From: Tubulanus polymorphus
Taxonomy: Eukaryota; Animalia; Nemertea
DNA length: 64,000 nucleotides
NCBI RefSeq assembly: GCF_964204645.1
Contig: NC_134029.1
Location: 1,550,001-1,614,000 of the forward strand
Reading direction: 5' to 3'
Shown: positions 62,260 through 64,000 of the stretch, piece by piece
Numbering within the stretch: position 1 is the first letter of the stretch
Layout of the letters: the number at the start of each line of letters is the position of its first letter
Position numbers and translations under genes: made by a program
Notes under the pieces: model-generated
Database searches by the model: none
What the model saw: the letters and a program-made list of their open reading frames with translations, nothing else
What the model was told of the DNA's origin: nothing

Positions 62260-64000
62260 AAAACTGCCGTTAAATGAAAAGACGCCACACCCAGGGTCGA
62301 GTGATTACTAAATTTATATAACTATATGAAATTCGATCGATTATGAGTTTATTTTGACTGTCTCTGAATAAATGTACTTAAAATACTTGAAGTCTGGTAA
62401 ACAAAAGATGGATAGTAACACTTCTTAAAGTTTTCATTTTCTCCAATCATGAAATTACGACTAAAAAAGGACTGATGATAAAAACACTTTATAATTCTGA
62501 ATCCAAATACTCCTTTTAATAAGAAATCTTCCTACTCATAAATCATTGATTTGTAAAATAACTTCTACTGAAAATTATTGAATATATATTGTAGGCCTAC
62601 CTAGGAGTACTACTCCAAGCTGTAAGATTGTACGTACTATTGTTGTTTGTCCCTGAACTGTCGAAGACCTTAAAACTGACACAGCCGAAACTGTTATTGA
62701 AAACAAAAACACTTTTGCTTTGAATGAAAGATTCACCGCATTGAATTGATTTTTCCTCTTTAAAAACGGCATTTTGAATCAAGACAAAGTTCAATCATAC
62801 ATCTGTACTTGTTAATATTGCCTGAAGCAAATAGCGGAATCAACTCGAGTTTAATCTATGTAAAGATTTGACCTGTGAAATGAATAAGGATTTCAAATGC
62901 AGCAATAGACAGAACGAGCTCACAGCTAGATTAGTAAAATCTATTCATGATATACCATATTTCTGTTTAACTAGACCCAGTCACTGTATCAAACCTTATA
63001 TACTCGATACGGTCAAACTACGTAAATTCCTGAAAGAAGCTTTTGAACCTCTGTATCCGACTATACCACAAAATCACTACATCATCATTATTACAGCTAT
63101 CATATTTTGTGTTACATGATCCACTATACTTTGTACAAAGTTGGACAAAGTTACAATAAAATGAAATGAAATAAGATTGTGAGGTATGTGATGATGAATT
63201 GGACAAAGATCATCTTGTATCATCAATATCACCACATAATTTTCAATACACATTCTAGAAATTTCTACTCCAGCTGAAATATATCAAATATTGAATTGTG
63301 GATGACTTTATCCATTTGAGTATAAGTACCGCTGCAGTCTAGATGTAGCTCTGAATAAACAATCTAATGAATAACAAATTCCATTGTACAAAATTCAATG
63401 CCTTTTGCATCTAATATTCATCTCTGGGTTAAACCGGTATACTAGAAAAACAATCATCATAAATGTGTCAGAATTATTTGCAATTAAACCCTTAAAACTC
63501 AACTCACTTGAAATTCTGGTATAGAATTCATATTGCCTGTGTGTGTGTGTACATTGCATATCAAACATATAAATGATAAGTAAATATATTCAAATACACG
63601 TCTGTCGTAGTCGTCGTCAGACATGTCGACATTTTGGGTCAAGTCTCTATAATTAACCTATAATATCTATATTTAACATGAATCTTATTTACTGTGATTT
63701 GTCACAATAATTACAGCAGTAATAACAGCCAGCCTCACAGTAGCAGCAGCAGCAGCAGCAGCGGCAGTAGAACAGTCTACCTATATTCATAACAAATTAT
63801 CTTTGAAAAATAATTTACGACCAAATTCAGCACAACAGATTACCGAGTTCAGGTATAAGCTTTTAAATTCTTTTTGCTCGTTCTACATGAATACCATATC
63901 ACAATATAAACTTCATAGATGTTAATTCAGATTTGATATGATATGAACATTCAATTCTATAAACCAATAGATGTCTAGTTCTGAAGAATTTATCACTTAC

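Overview
AT-rich, gene-dense animal genomic DNA (invertebrate, lophotrochozoan-like) with many short GT-AG introns and abundant MITEs; not prokaryotic. Reconstructed genes in order: 5'-truncated divergent kinesin (+); alpha-1,2-fucosyltransferase pseudogene fragment (-); tRNA-like 76-bp tandem array; intronless GPCR (+); DGAT2/MOGAT acyltransferase (-); TM2D3/almondex (+); MRPL24 (-) with an intronless adenosine kinase nested in intron 1; WDR41 (-) with a GT31 galactosyltransferase nested in an intron; CYP4 P450 (+); GKAP1 (-); a short spliced ORF containing only the STAG/SA-binding segment of RAD21, whose stop lies 2 nt before the ATG of Lines/LINS1 (+); LINE fragment; intronless HDEL-terminated extended SDR (+); tRNA-Arg(TCG); SLC47/MATE transporter (+) with a pair of duplicated 68-nt exons and a same-strand nested GPCR; 3' part of a CRACD/KIAA1211-like gene (-). 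The strongest novelty candidates are the stand-alone 'mini-RAD21' apparently bicistronic with Lines, the mutually exclusive TM8 exons in MATE, and the GT31 enzyme with apparently inverted (type I) topology. Exon boundaries were read by eye, family assignments come from recalled motifs rather than database searches, and all need RNA-seq/homology confirmation.
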